A DNA stretch of 63,543 nucleotides, filler included, from Welwitschia mirabilis (GCA_051453625.1; 6 parts of one record of this genome joined end to end with filler, not necessarily neighbours in it), one strand, 5' to 3'; positions 1 to 14,473 are shown, numbered from the whole stretch's first letter. Notes: a model not told the origin generated them from the sequence alone. Numbers and translations are program-made.

Positions 1-89
1 TCATAGGAACTAGGCATTTATCTGTTAGTTTATCTGCAAAACAATTCAAAATACCCTATCAAATACACTTAAGTTGGCATCGCAATAAT

Positions 90-3000
90 GTTCAAAGCAT
101 GTAAAAAAGAGTATGAAAAAATTTTAGTTGATGATGAATAAGATTTAGATCTTGCACTAGTAGTGTGCTCAAAGTATGTAAATAAGAGTATGAAAAATCT
201 TTAATTAATGATGAAGAAGAATTAGATCTTGCACTATTAATAAAAAAACTTAAAATAGTTCCTCAGAAAAAGGAAAGAAAAGAGAAGTATAAGGACACAA
301 ATTAAACATGAAGATGATAAAGGTAAGAATTCTTCTCCTTTAATGTTATAAATGTAAAGGTTTTTGTCACATAGCCTTAGAATGTGTAAATAAAAAAAAG
401 GATAAAAAGAGTAAAGACAAGGAAAATAATGTACCAAATATAACCTAGGATGATAACTCAAATGGAGATAATGCTAGCTTAAATGATAAAGAAGAGATCA
501 TAGACTTTAAACTTCTTACATTGATAGATGAAGTAAGTATCCCAACTCATTGTTGTTTTAGTGCTACTTGCTCTTCTTTGAAGAATGAACATACTTTTTG
601 TAAAAATTACTTTTAAGATTATGATAATCTTAATTTATAATACAAGGAGTTATTAGATGCAGATGAGAAATTATATGTGCTTAGCATAAACTAGGTAATA
701 AAAATACTAGTTATTAGAAAATTATAAAAGACCTAAAAAGAGAAATAAAATAAGTTAAGACCAAAATGATATTATTAACAAAGAACCTTAAAGATGTAAA
801 ATTTATTACTTATCTTTTAATGTAAGAAAATGATAACTTAAATAAAGTATTAGGCATTGGACATAATTCATATGATAATTTTAAAGTAGATAGTTTTAAT
901 TACATAACACCTTCTTGTATAAACTTCATTCATAGTATTAAATATTAATCGTTTAGTCTAGTGAACCTGAGATTTTATTATTGTAATAAATATGATCACA
1001 TATAATAAATTTTCTATTCCTATAAGAATTAATTTCATTTTGGGTTTAATAATAATATAAGATTCATAAAGAATTATGCTAATTATCAACATAAGAAAAG
1101 TAACCTACAATGGGTTAGGAAAAACACCTCTATATCTTTATTTATCAATGATTCCTTTAGAGTGTAAGAGAAATCAAAGTGGTACCTTGATAGTGTTATT
1201 ATTAATACATGACTAGTAAGAGAATTTTATGCTTTTAATTTCAAAAATATAATGATGATGAACTAATCTTTAATGACAATGGTAAAGGACATATAATTGG
1301 TAAAGGGTTCATCACAATCAATTAAAAAAAATAACTCAACCATAAATGATGTATATCTAATAGATGAGTTAAAACATAACCTACTTAGTATATTTAAAAT
1401 CTATGATAGAGGAAATATTGTGTTTTTTTACAAAGATAACTATGTTGTTTGAAATGCCACTTTTAATAATGTTATTCTTATAAGTAGTAGGTCCAAATGT
1501 ATGTACGTACTAGGATGTAATGAGAAATAAGGAAAATTAATGTTATATGGCCAAAGATGAAGAACTAATCCTTTGGAATAGGATATTAGACCCTATGAAT
1601 TTTAAGGATTTAAGGAATATCTCCATCAAAGAAGTCCCTAAGCTAGATGTTTCTCAAGAAAAAATTTAATATTCTTGTGTAAAAGGAAAGATCACTAAGT
1701 CTTCCTTCAAAATTAAAATGGAGACAACTTCTATTATAACAATGGATCTAATTATTATGAATTTAATGAAATTAATAAAAACTAGAAGTATAGGAAAAAT
1801 AAAATACTTTCTTGTCATGATGGATGATTTTTTAAGTGATAGTTGGGTCTTATTTCTCTCAAATAAGATGATGCATTTGAAATATTTGTTAAGGTATGTA
1901 AAAGGATGCAAAATGAAAAATGGTACATCCATAAAGTAATTAAATCAGATAGTAGAGAAGAATTTGTAAATAATTAATTTAAAAGATATCTTGATTCAAA
2001 TGGAATATCTCATTAATTGTCATCTTCTAGTATTCCTTAATAAAATGGAATTACTACATAGAAAAATAGAGTTCTTATTAATATGATAAAAACCATGTTA
2101 AATGAACACAAGTTAACATAATAATTTTGGGCTAAATCTATAAACACTACATTTTACATAAGTAATACAATTTTCTTACATCTAAGATCAAGCAAAACTA
2201 CATATGAATTATAGACTACAAAAAAACCCATTATAAGCTACTTCAAGCTATTTGGAAGTAAATGTTTAATCCTAAATGATAAAGGAATATTAAGTAAACT
2301 CAAATCTAAAGCTAATTAATGGATATTCTTAGGCTATTCATTAACTAATAAAGCATATAGAGTATACAAAAAATCCTCATATAGAGTATAAGAATTTGCT
2401 CATGTAAAAGTAGCAGATATAAAACATGATGATAGTCTAGTGATACTAAACATAAGTAAACCCTTTTTCCTCAAGTTATGATAATTATTTAATATCAAGC
2501 TAAAATAAACTAAGTAGTGTATAAAAGTATTCATATATTCTATTTAGAAATAAGAGAGATCATCCTCAAGATAATATACTAAGTAATTTACAAGAAGGGA
2601 TAACTATGAGAAATGAAAAGAGTATGAGTGATAGTTTACTATGTTTTATCTCTTTTCTAGAATGCAAAACCTTTCAAGAAGAAAAGAATGATGATGCTTT
2701 CATGTTCATAATACAACAAGAACTAAATCAATTTAAAAAAAATAAAGTTTAAAATCTTATTCTTATTCCTAAACAAAAACACATAGTTGGAACAAAATGG
2801 ATGTAAAACAATAAAAAAATGAAGTTCATAATATAATTCAAAATAATGCTAAATTGGTAGCTTAAGAGTATAGTTAACAAAAATGAATAGATTATAGTAA
2901 TACCTTTTCTCTAGTTGTTAGATTATAGATGATAAAAATGCTATTATAATTTATAGTTTTTCATAAAATAAAACTGTATCAAATGGATGTAAAAAGTGCA

Positions 3001-3470
3001 TTTATCAATGGATATATAAATGAATAATTTTATGTTGCATAGCCACCTAATTTTATAGATTTAAAGTTTACTAATTATGTTTTTAAATTAAACAAGATGT
3101 TTGATGTTTTAAAACAAGCTCAAAGAGCTTGGTTTAATAGCCTTAATACTTTTTGATCTCAAATAACTTTACAAAAGAAACTTCTAATCCTAAATTATTC
3201 ATTAAACATAATTACAAAAAGTTCTTATTATTCAAATACATATTGATGAGATTATGTTTGGATTAATAACAGAGTCTCTTACCTTAGGCCTTACTTAACT
3301 AATGTAAAATAATTGAAATAAATTTTATAAAAGAGTTTAATTTATTTCTAGGACTTCTAATTAAGCAAATCTCAAATTTAATGTTTATTTATAAATCTAA
3401 ATATGTTTAAGAAATGTTAGCTAAGTATGAAATATGAGATGCGAAAGATGCAAAGACACTATTTTTTTAA
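90..3470 (+). pseudogene. Decayed Ty1/copia (SIRE-like) gag-pol: gag C-terminal part, protease, integrase, RT (truncated)
   Basis: Manual translation: DEEELDLALL (~210-238); CCHC knuckle CYKCKGFCHIALEC (344-385); WYLDS protease motif (~1180); KHNLLSI (~1372); integrase KYFLVMMDDF (ORF 1718-1939), KSDSREEF, YFKLFGSKC; RT QELNQF..VGTKW, LYQMDVKSAFINGYI (~2974-3018), LKQAQRAWF, QIHIDEIMFG (YVDD equivalent, ~3233-3262). Many stops and frameshifts. Confidence 0.9.
92..236 (+). repeat. Two-copy diverged tandem duplication (period ~77 bp) inside the copia gag
   Basis: tcaaagcatgta..agagtatgaaaaa..tgatgaa..ttagatcttgcacta occurs at 92-159 and again at 169-236. Confidence 0.8.
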
Positions 3471-6236
3471 GTATAATGAACTAAAATAAACTAGTTGAAT
3501 ACCTAATATCATTTTCTCCAGATAAAATTGGGATGGCATATAAAAATTATATAAGTCTTACTTATCTTATAAGAATAATTAATAATAAGGGAAAATAAAG
3601 AGTCAAGAGATTTATAAAAACTTTTTCTAGAGATGCAAGAAAGTGAGAAAGCTTTGAGGTTTAACCTAATCTATCTATCAACAATAATTCATGTTCAATT
3701 TAGTACAATAAACAAAATTTAAACTAAGCTAATACTTACTATCATTCTCTTCATAAGGATAATTAGGTTATGTTTTCATAAGCTACAAAACTCTTTCTTA
3801 ATTATAAGTTATAATTAAGAAAGGAAAAATAATAGGATTTAAAAGTATTATTTTGGAACTTCATTGGAAAAGTAGGAAAGTGAGTAAGCTCTATGTTTTT
3901 ACTTGACTTATTCATCAGTGATCCTTTACTCTAATGATATACTATACTTTGCCTACAACACACTTTAAATTATCAAGTAAAAATAACATGGGTAATAGTG
4001 AAATAATTTCATTCACCACATAAAATTTGGTAAACTCAATAGTCATTTGATCTTTCAAAATCTGAAAATAAGAATGAAAAATAAGGACCTAAGTACTCAA
4101 AGTCCACTAAGATGAAAAAGAATTAAACCAAGCGATTATAAAATCCACTCAAATAATAATAGAACTTGGAAGTAAAATTGTTACTTAAGCATTGAAAGTA
4201 TAAAGTGATTTGGAAATAATAATCAAAAGAAAATGATAATTATGTATTAAATCAACAAAGGCATATTATAACAAAGGGAAAAGGAAGATAAAAGGAATCC
4301 TCAAGTTATCATTGAAGCAAGCTCACTCCCCAAAGAAAGCACTTAAAAGACATCATGACTTGATGCTCCAAAGGTTCTATACTTTTTCCAAAATGAAGGA
4401 TGTTACAATAGAGGGCTTAAGGCTCTTTATAAGAAAAGATGACATGAGGAATGGTTACAAGCCTTTAACTCGTAATGTTGGATGAGTGGTTATAAAATAT
4501 ACATGTAGCATTAGGTAAGGCATTTATCATATTGAATTACATAGAAATCATCATGATGATTCCAATAGTTATATTTTGGACACTGCTACTTCTACCAATT
4601 GCTATTACAACCATTTGTCTCCATAGTTATCCTAGTCAATAATGTCGCATGTCATTATTACATGTTATTATCATCATTACCACATGTTATCAAAGAAGCA
4701 AGTTACTACTAATGTCAAATATGATTAAACCCATAGGTACATTTAGCTTAATTTCATATGGTAAGGAAGGAACATGAGTTTGAAAGTATGCTACACAGAA
4801 GGACTCATGATGCTAAGTCACCTAGACAATAACACTAACATTTTAAGCTAGATGTTTGTCAAATTTTATCCTATCCTTAAAAGTGTGATAAATGTCATGA
4901 AAATGTCATGGAAATTTTATCAATTCGTGATTAATATGAAAAAGTGATAGAAGACATGTTCTTATGATAATCTCTTTCATTAAGATAAATTAATCAATTA
5001 ACTTTACCAAAATATTAATTTTTATATATAAAAACATCCCCTAATCAAATGTTTTCTAGACTCTTAGTAAAAAGTTGATAATGAAATTTTTAATTATGAA
5101 AAAATTATCTAAGGTAAAATAATCAAGTGTGAAAATGATATATCTTTGAAAATTTTATGAATAATTTTCTAAAATTAATCCATCAAAATTTTAAAAATTT
5201 TATGATAAATGATATGAAAAGTAAATGCAATACTCCCTAATAAAAAATAAATTTTTCATCAAAGTTTTATCATAGTAATTATTAATATCATTTTAAGAAC
5301 ATAACATCAAAAAAAGCTCAATGAGTCTTTTTATTAAAAGCAATAAAAAATGATGTAACTAAGATGTAAAAAGGGAAAAACCAACTAATGCAAGATGATC
5401 ATTTTAATTTATTCCTAAAACATTCTAAGTAGAAAGTTAATCTATAAAAAACATTTATTCCTTTTGATGGTATTTCTCATGAAATGATGATGAAGTAAAA
5501 TGGGAAATGGAGATGAAAAGTGAAAAATGTGTCTTAATCATAACACCAATGAATAAATAAGAAAACCTACCTAAGTTAATAACCATTATTATATTTTTAT
5601 ATTCTCTTTTTTAGTGAATATCAATATTAACTAAGCATAGTATTGATCAAGTAACTTAAGAATTTAAGAAATCATAGTAAATCTTAAGTATAAAGGTTTA
5701 AAGACAATAGAACATAGAAGGCCTCTGATTCCTATCTTTTACTTTCATTTATTTTCCTCTTCTACCAATATATACATCCTTTTTTTAAACCTTTGAATCA
5801 CATTGAGAGAGTTATGAATATTTCTTTGTGAAGAAATCAGTGCTACATTGCCAACAAGCATTTATAGCCCTAATGTGGTTGATTATGTTGTAATTAGATC
5901 ATTAGAGGTATATTGCAAGTGAGTGTTCCTAGCTCTAATGGAGTTACCTAAACCTAATTAAGTAAGTAATGAGATCTAAATTTGGAGAAAAGTTACTATT
6001 TTTCTTTTATTTTTCTTCTCATATTCATTTTTTTACACACATTAAAGGGGTCATTGGTTCATTAGCCTAATTAAGAAAAATATTTTTCCAATTAAAATAA
6101 TGAAACATAAGGAAGACACTATGAGGGAACATTCCACCTTTTTCAGCCATGTTATACTAAATATAAAGACCTTAAGCACATGTTATTTTAACAATTAAAT
6201 TTGAAATAACTGTAACTTTTCCTTAAAAACCTAAAG

Positions 6237-6281
6237 TATACTTAATAATTACTATTACTTATACTTAATAATTACTATTAC
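6237..6281. repeat. Short 23-bp tandem duplication
   Basis: tatacttaataattactattac(t) occurs twice in tandem. Confidence 0.85.
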
Positions 6282-7865
6282 CTAGGTGGTAATGAGACTA
6301 CTTATTATTGTATTTTGGTTTAAAGTCCATTAAGTTGGGTTTATGAGTTTCATAAATTTATAGACTAGTGGGATGGATAAATGGTTATGTTTAAGATGAT
6401 GTCCATTGACTTTAAACTATTAGTGATTTTTAGTGTTTTTAATCAAAAATACATCATTAGTGAAAGATTTTTATTATAAATATATCTTTCAACTTAGAGA
6501 TTAGTTTTGTAAATATAATTGTAATCATGTGTTATAAAGAAAAACTAGTTCCCTTTATTGAAATGTTTTTCTAAGGATGTTTTAATTGTGAAATTTCTTC
6601 ATTCTTTCTTTATTGATCTTTATGTTTTCATAAGCCTTATTCCTGATTTTTTCTTTCTTCCTTTGGATTTAAGTTTATGTTTTTAATTTTCTAATATGCT
6701 TTATGTTCAAGTTCTATAGGCAAATAAAAAGATTTTTCATAGACTAATCTAAATAGGAACATTTCAAAATGTGTCTTGTAACTTATTTGATAGATTCATA
6801 AAATGTCATTAAGATTATAATGCTAATCATTTTTAGTTGAGTTTACTACTTTTAGAAAAGGCTCTTAATTTATCTCTTTGTAATCTTAACTTGACTACTA
6901 GTTTGGAGATGGTAGGATGTTGCAACTTTGTGAGTGACCTCATACTTGGTAAGAAGATTATTAAATATTCTATTACAAAAGTGGATTCCTCTATCAGTAA
7001 TTAAAACTTAAAAATAAAAAAATCACTTTATGATAATTTTTTAAACCTTTTACCACTATTTTGACATAATTCAATTGACATATGCATGCTTCTACCTATT
7101 TAGGTACATAATCAATGCAGAGTAGAATATACTGATGTCTGTTTAAGGGTGGATATGGGTACTAAAAATTAATACCCTAAATATCAAATAGTTTAATGAT
7201 GAGAATGGGTTTGAGAGCATCATATGCTTTCATGAAATACTATTTATTTTTTAATAATTATCTTAAGATTTATGATAGAGATAGTAGTCTTTAATAATGG
7301 ATAGTTAATAGAAACTGAATTGAAGTTTTGTCATGGCATTTTTATTGGCAGAATAATTGCCACCATAAATCTCAGAATGAAAATGTCTAAGAATTTTATG
7401 TATTTCAGATTTAGGAATACATTTATACATGACTTAATCTAGCTAATACTTAAATAGATATAGAATATTCCAAAGTAATTATTTAGAATGACTTAAGAAT
7501 CGATGTCTATCATTACAAGTTTAGTGAGAAAGAATAACTTAGGAGACTAAGTAGTTTGCAATATTAGCAAATGAAGGTATTTTTAAAACTAAGAAGAGGT
7601 ACATATTAGGGAAGGTATTATTAATTGAAAAGAGTATCCACATATTTTCTTAAGTTATTCATGAAAGATGGTCCATAACTATGTGATCAAATCCTTATTT
7701 GTCTTTAATTTCTAATTAAAGTTCCAAAAAAGTAGAATCCACATAATTAATCTAGGTTTTGAATATTTTTTAGTGAATAGATATCTAAAGGTTAAGTGAT
7801 TTGTGTAAATAATCACCTTAGAATCTAATAAATCTTACTTAAATTTATATAAGATAAATACTGTA

Positions 7866-9872
7866 TGTGATACCCTCTTTTATCTTACCCTAATTAAGCA
7901 CTTTTTTTAACTTTCTTTTTTTTTAATATTTTTACTTAATAAACATAGTGGAACCTAGGACTAAATTTGACTTACTTCTTAATTATAATTTTCATACTAT
8001 AAGAAATAAAATTCATATTAATATCATATATTTACCTATAATTAATTTCTAGATTATTTCAGTTTACAAACAATAGTAATGTTGTAAGTTTATGCCCTTA
8101 ATTTCTTCCTAATCTTTCATCACATAAAAGATATCTTATGAATAGTTAAGCATATGTAAACTTATTGTCAACATACATGGATAAATTTTAAGAATAACTA
8201 ATATAATAAAAGGTTGTGAATCCAATTAATAGCACTCTAACTTGATATCTAGTCATCCTCCACACATGAGTTGGTTCTACTTCAGGTTCTAAAATATACG
8301 CACATGAGTGGGCTAAACTCCATATGCTTTCACTTCACCTCAATATATTACCAACACAAGTGACAGGAAGTACAAGAGATGGATGCATGATTATAGATAA
8401 CCTCTGCTTCCTTAAAGCATCTCTATATGATAAAACATGATCCATCGATGTCAAGGGCTTAAATATTAAGTTAGAGTAAGTTCATATATGGGTNNNNNNN
8501 NNNNNNNNNNNNNNNNNNNNNNNNNNNNNNNNNNNNNNNNNNNNNNNNNNNNNNNNNNNNNNNNNNNNNNNNNNNNNNNNNNNNNNNNNNNNNNNNNNNN
8601 NNNNNNNNNNNNNNNNNNNNNNNNNNNNNNNNNNNNNNNNNNNNNNNNNNNNNNNNNNNNNNNNNNNNNNNNNNNNNNNNNNNNNNNNNNNNNNNNNNNN
8701 NNNNNNNNNNNNNNNNNNNNNNNNNNNNNNNNNNNNNNNNNNNNNNNNNNNNNNNNNNNNNNNNNNNNNNNNNNNNNNNNNNNNNNNNNNNNNNNNNNNN
8801 NNNNNNNNNNNNNNNNNNNNNNNNNNNNNNNNNNNNNNNNNNNNNNNNNNNNNNNNNNNNNNNNNNNNNNNNNNNNNNNNNNNNNNNNNNNNNNNNNNNN
8901 NNNNNNNNNNNNNNNNNNNNNNNNNNNNNNNNNNNNNNNNNNNNNNNNNNNNNNNNNNNNNNNNNNNNNNNNNNNNNNNNNNNNNNNNNNNNNNNNNNNN
9001 NNNNNNNNNNNNNNNNNNNNNNNNNNNNNNNNNNNNNNNNNNNNNNNNNNNNNNNNNNNNNNNNNNNNNNNNNNNNNNNNNNNNNNNNNNNNNNNNNNNN
9101 NNNNNNNNNNNNNNNNNNNNNNNNNNNNNNNNNNNNNNNNNNNNNNNNNNNNNNNNNNNNNNNNNNNNNNNNNNNNNNNNNNNNNNNNNNNNNNNNNNNN
9201 NNNNNNNNNNNNNNNNNNNNNNNNNNNNNNNNNNNNNNNNNNNNNNNNNNNNNNNNNNNNNGGAGATGAACATTATTAGAATTATCTTGATTTAGTCTTA
9301 TTTGATGAATAACTATTCAAATGCATGCAAACAATTTCACTAATATAGATATTTAATGAATTATTTACTTAGTTATAATAATTATAATCATAATTTGATT
9401 CATTTTATAGAAATAACCATAAAAAAAAAGCAAGCATACAAGAATAATTCTTTTTCTAAGATTATCATGATAAAAATCTAGATAAAGGAAATAATCTTTT
9501 CTTTTCTTTTTTATCAAAATAAAGGAAATATTCTTCTTTTTTTCTTTCAAAAAAATAAAATAAAATAATGTGCTTAACAAACTAAAATATACCTAGAGCT
9601 ATGCAAATCCTAGGAACACTCTTTCATCCTTATATGAGAAGCTCAATGGATGGGTGTAAAGAAGGTAAACAAAAAAAAGTATAGCTCAACTATATTGTTA
9701 AGATATAAGTATTTGTCCAAGATCTCATATGGTTATATTATAAGTTAATAAAAATAAGCAATAAGCTAGAGGCTAATTATGTCACTTAACTACTAAGATG
9801 AAAACACTTATAAGCATGACATTTAAAGTAAGATAAGAAAAAAGGAGTAAAAAAGCTATCTCTAGAATTAAA
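7866..9872 (-). mobile_element. Probable distal part of a long Tekay-like LTR, interrupted at 9873 by a SIRE element
   Basis: Starts TGTGATACCC, a typical Tekay/Del LTR terminus; 9510-9872 is homologous to 15897-16259, which runs on toward the Tekay LTR boundary at 19768. Continuity is inferred across N gaps. Confidence 0.4.
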
Positions 9873-11092
9873 TGTTGGAATATATTTTGTCAATTGATGT
9901 CAAGCTAATATCTCTTGTATATTAAACTTTGTGTATCTTCTATAGAAGAGTTTGATGCTTTTGTAGATTGAAAGATGGAATAAAAATATGAAATAGAAAC
10001 CTATTTAGCTGATTCACCATCCAAAGTGGTCGATCTAATCCTAAAGGGGTCAACTACACCTGAAGCTGTCAAAGGAAAAATGAACTAAACTCAAAGGAAT
10101 CGACCAGATTCTGCTTGAGTCAACCAGACCTATAACTTGAAAAATCAATGTCCTTAAATCAAATGACAAGATCAACTGGACCTAGATGAGGTCAACTGAA
10201 TATGAAGATATAAAAACCTAGGGTGATCAGATTTTTCTCTTAGACAACCTATGTAATTCATGGCACCACATGAGGTTAACTGGATTTTTATGGGGTCGAC
10301 AGGATGATGCAGAAAAGAAATTTTTCTATACATTATGTATTTGTTATTTAGCTATTAGGTGGTTGTTTTTTAGCTGCTTATAGCCATTGGAGGTGCAATT
10401 CAATTATAATAAAACCTAATAGCCTTCTAGTATAAATACCTAAGATATAGATGATCTAGAAATTTTTTGGAATCATTCTCATTTGACTAAATCATTTTGA
10501 ATCTGAAGGATCAAGTTGTGCATTTGACATTGTTATATCTTAGCTTTCATATTTCTAATATAAGGAGATCTACCATTGGCATTCATACTTTCTTCTTTTT
10601 AGATCTAGAGCTACATTGGTGTATTATTATAGGAGGAGAACTTCATTTATTATACTATTTTAGAACCAGTAATATTTGTGCTATTGAGCATCACTACATC
10701 ACTATTTTCATTTGTTAAATGTTGAGACTAAGCCTTGAAAAGTTTATGCTGAAGGTTGAGACTTAGCTTGAAAAGTCCACTTGTAAAGATTACAATTGAA
10801 TTTGGAATACTTGATGGAGTAACAGAGATCTGAGTTTAAGCTTTAAATAAGCTAATTATTAAGAGTGGAATAGGGAAGTTTTCCAAATCACTATAAATCC
10901 TGCTTACATAAAATTGGTAGTTTGTGCTTTTTGTTTTGATTTCTTACTTTTAATTTCTTATTTTTTTGTGCACATTCTACATTGATTTGTATACATATGT
11001 AAGTTGTGTTTTAAATAGTTTTATTTCAGATTAATTGTTAAAGTTTTTAAAAGAACCTATTCATCTCTCATCTAGGATTCTCAAACCTACCA
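9873..11092 (+). repeat. 5' LTR of the SIRE-like element
   Basis: Begins TGTTGG, ends ..cctattcatctctcatctagg..cctacCA (decayed SIRE C-rich ATTCACCCCCCC motif); TATA-like tataaata at ~10431; aligns along its length with 14474-15724 and 43078-44380. Confidence 0.85.
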
Positions 11093-11094
11093 TT

Positions 11095-11106
11095 TGATAT
11101 CAAAGT
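11095..11106 (+). promoter_or_regulatory. Degenerate primer-binding site (tRNA-iMet type)
   Basis: tgatatcaaagt 2 nt after the LTR end, versus consensus TGGTATCAGAGC. Confidence 0.7.
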
Positions 11107-11157
11107 GGGTTAAGTCATTTTATTAGATCTTAACTGGTCTAGACTTGGAACCCCACA

Positions 11158-13625
11158 ATGGCTGTCTTTATTAATAATGATTTTTTAAGTTTTTCCTTCC
11201 TAAATACTTATGTCTTTATTTGGTTTTACTAGATAGTATATGGTTATATTTTTAAATAGATTGTAGCTAGTGAAAATTCACATGATTTAAGTGAAAGAGA
11301 CAAAATAAATACTCCAAAACATAATAAAGAAAGAAGACTCTCTTTTATGGCTTTTATGCCTCCATTGCAGAATGTGCCAATTACACTAGCCCATGATGAT
11401 GATGATATGAGAAATAAAGAACAAGAAGAGTTGAAACGCACTTATCAAGAGTTGTATCAAGAATGTGAAAAGATAAATAGAAGGATAAATGAATTGAACA
11501 AGGTTATAAAATCCCTCACCAAGGAAAAAGAGGAAATGGAATCAAATCTCAAAAGAGTCAAATCCAAAAACTCTAATCTCAATTTATAGGTAAAAGAATA
11601 CTATTATTTTGTTAATAAATTTTTAGGTGGATCCATCAAATTGAAACAAATGGTTGGAGTTCAAAAATCAGTTGGAAGCAAACCATGTATTGGCTTCATC
11701 ACTCAAAATCTCAAACACAGCAAAATCAGGTAACCAACAGCAGTAATTTCTCTTCAAAAGTTACTTGTCATTTCTATTGAAAAATAGGCCATTTAAAACA
11801 TATATGTAATGCTAAAAAATTAATGTTTTTTTTTTAAATTTAGTTAGTTCCTTTTCATTTAAGTTTATTCCTAAAAAGGGTGTACTGCATAAGTCTCAAA
11901 AGACTATGTGGATGAAAAATAATGATTTTAAAAATTTATTGGTTTAGATAGCTTTCAAAGTCTCAAATAACACAAGCTGGTATCTTGATAGTAGATGGTT
12001 AAGGTACATGATAGGAGACAAATCCAGATTTAAACATCTAAGCTACTTTGATAGAGAAGAAGTAACTTTTGAAGATAATGGAGGAGAAAAAATAGAAGGC
12101 ATTGAAAGCATTAATGAAGGTAACCTTCCTAGAATTAATAAAGTTTTGTATGTAAGTGGTTTAAAGCATAATTTACTAAGCATTAGTTAAACTTGTGATA
12201 AAGGTTACAAGGTATTTTTTTATAAATCAAAATATAAAATTATACATAGAAAATCAAATGATGTGATTCTTAAAGCTAGTAAAATAGATAATGTTTATAG
12301 CATAGATCAATTTATTTTTCTCTTATTATTTTTTGAATGTTCCTCAAGATGAGTTATGGAATAAACATTTAGGTCATGTTAATTATGATTAATTAAAAAT
12401 TATTATTTGTAATAACATCATTGAAGGGATCCCTAAGATAAACACAGAAAAACAAGTGTTGTGTGATTCTTGTTAAAAGGGGAAAAAATTAAGACTTCTC
12501 ATAAAAGTAAAACAAAAGCCTCCATGTCTATGCCATTAAAACTTACTCATATGGATTTAGTTGGACCTGCTCAAACTTAAAGTCTAGATGGAAAATGTTA
12601 TTTCCTTACAATGGTTAATGACTACTTTAAATATACTTAGATAGCCTTTTTGTCAAATAAATCTGAAGCATATAAACATTGGGTCGAGATTTGCAATAAG
12701 ATTTAAAACAAAAAAGATTATACTATAAAGAAAATAAGAAGTAATTATGGTGGTGAATTTGAAAAACATTTCTTTCAAAAGTATTACATTAAGAATGATA
12801 CTGATCATCAGTTTTTAGCTTCAAAAACTGCACAACAAAATGGTATAGCAGAAAGAAAGAATAAAGTTCTTTAAGAAATGATTTAAACTATGTTAAATGA
12901 TAAGGAAGTACCTAAATCATTTTGGGTTGAGGCAGTTAGCACAACATGTTATATTATTAATAGATTATATCTTAAACATAGTACAGATAAAACAACTTAT
13001 GAGCTATGAAAAAGAATACAATCAAATGTGTTATACTTTAAAATCTTTGGAAGTAAATTCTATATCCTAAAAGATAAAGAATACTTGAGCAAGTTTCAAT
13101 CAAAAGCTAGTGAAGCTATCTTTTTAGGATACTCAATAAGAAGTAAAGCCTCTCATGTTTTCAAAAAAAGAAGCTTAATAGTAGAAGAATTAGTAAATGT
13201 ACAAATTAATGAGATTGAAACAAAAACAAACTACATAAATGAAGAAGAAATCATAACCACAAGTATTCCCACATCAAATAAAGATTCTATTGAAATAAAT
13301 GAAATTCAAGTAAAAGAAGGCACTCTAAAAAAAACTAAACTTCTTAAAGATCATCTGATAGAATAAATCATTGTAGAAGTTAACTCAAAAATAAAGACAA
13401 AAGGTTCTATAGAAAATTTATATGCTCATGTTTGTTATGTTTTAAAGATAAAGCCCAAGAACTTTGAATAAATATAAACTCATGAAGAATGGATGTTAGC
13501 AATACAAGATGAGCTACAACAACTTAAAAGTAACTAGTAAATAGACCAAAAGATAAAAATGTTATTGGTACAAAATGAATCTTTAAGAAAAGTGTGATGA
13601 AGAAAATAATGTTATAAAAAATAAA
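11158..13625 (+). pseudogene. SIRE-like gag (C-terminal part), protease, integrase and RT start
   Basis: Coiled-coil gag ORF 11347-11589; knuckle remnant CHFY*KIGHLKHIC (~11766); WYLDS at 11978; ORF 12008-12190 ..GLKHNLLSIS; LTHMDLVGP, RSNYGGEFE, QQNGIAERKN, FWVEAVST; ORF 13028-13366 YFKIFGSK..IFLGYS; QDELQQ..VIGTK. Confidence 0.9.
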
Positions 13626-13669
13626 NNNNNNNNNNNNNNNNNNNNNNNNNNNNNNNNNNNNNNNNNNNN

Positions 13670-13681
13670 TTAATTAATTAA
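13670..13681. other. Artificial assembly spacer TTAATTAATTAA within 44+44 N
   Basis: Six-frame stop palindrome centred in a 100-bp N block; the same construct recurs four more times. Confidence 0.95.
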
Positions 13682-14190
13682 NNNNNNNNNNNNNNNNNNN
13701 NNNNNNNNNNNNNNNNNNNNNNNNNATATATCTATGAATTTTATATCTACAAATCAATAATTAGCAAATATTTTTACTAAACCCTAAACTTTGATACTTT
13801 TATTTGTCTCAGACATGAACTAGGGGTACTCTTACCATTTTATAGTTAATTGTAAGGTAGTTAACCAAACTTGATATTCGATTAAATGGAATAGGTTGAT
13901 CAACTGGTTATATACTCAGTTTCTCAATCCCTTAAAGTTCTGTAGTTGTAACAATAAAAGAACAAAAGATAGTTATTTATTTTTTATCTTTGTTTTGATC
14001 TCTTGATAATTTTTATGAAATTTTATTTATGATCTTTTGAATACTTCAATGTTTTATTTTTATCTTATCATCTAAATCATAGCTTCTTTGGATTTCTTTT
14101 TGGACATTATGAATTAAAAATTATCATTTCATTTACATACTTTCTTTACACATCTATCATGATTATTATTTTTTACATATGACATAATGT

Positions 14191-14473
14191 TAGGAGGAGA
14201 AAATTTGATATTTTTGAAAACATATTAAGGTTATATTTCTTTGCCATTGATGTCAAATGGGAAGAAAATATAGTGTTTTCAAATGCATCAACTAAAAATG
14301 GTTTATTTCAGAAATACTTTTTAGATATCCTATGTTTAATGTTATTTATATGGCTTTGTAAAAGGGGAAGTTCTTATTATAAAAATATGCATTAATTTAT
14401 TTGGTGAAAGATCTTAAATTTGTTTAATCTTAAAATCACTTATTTATTTAACATCAATATCAAAAGGTGAGAT
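14191..14473 (+). promoter_or_regulatory. Multiple polypurine-tract region typical of Sireviruses
   Basis: taggaggaga (~14191), aaatgggaaga (~14255), aaaaggggaag (~14360) and terminal caaaaggtgagat directly before the LTR TG at 14474; these resemble decayed AGGGGGAG octamers. Confidence 0.65.

Noticed and set aside
4160..4270. Possible copia RT fragment (..ENDNYVLNQQRHI)
   Set aside because: Only a weak, short resemblance with no flanking RT motifs.
13726..14190. Possible SIRE env-like ORF between pol and PPT
   Set aside because: No ORF or motif visible, and the relevant region is lost at the assembly spacer.
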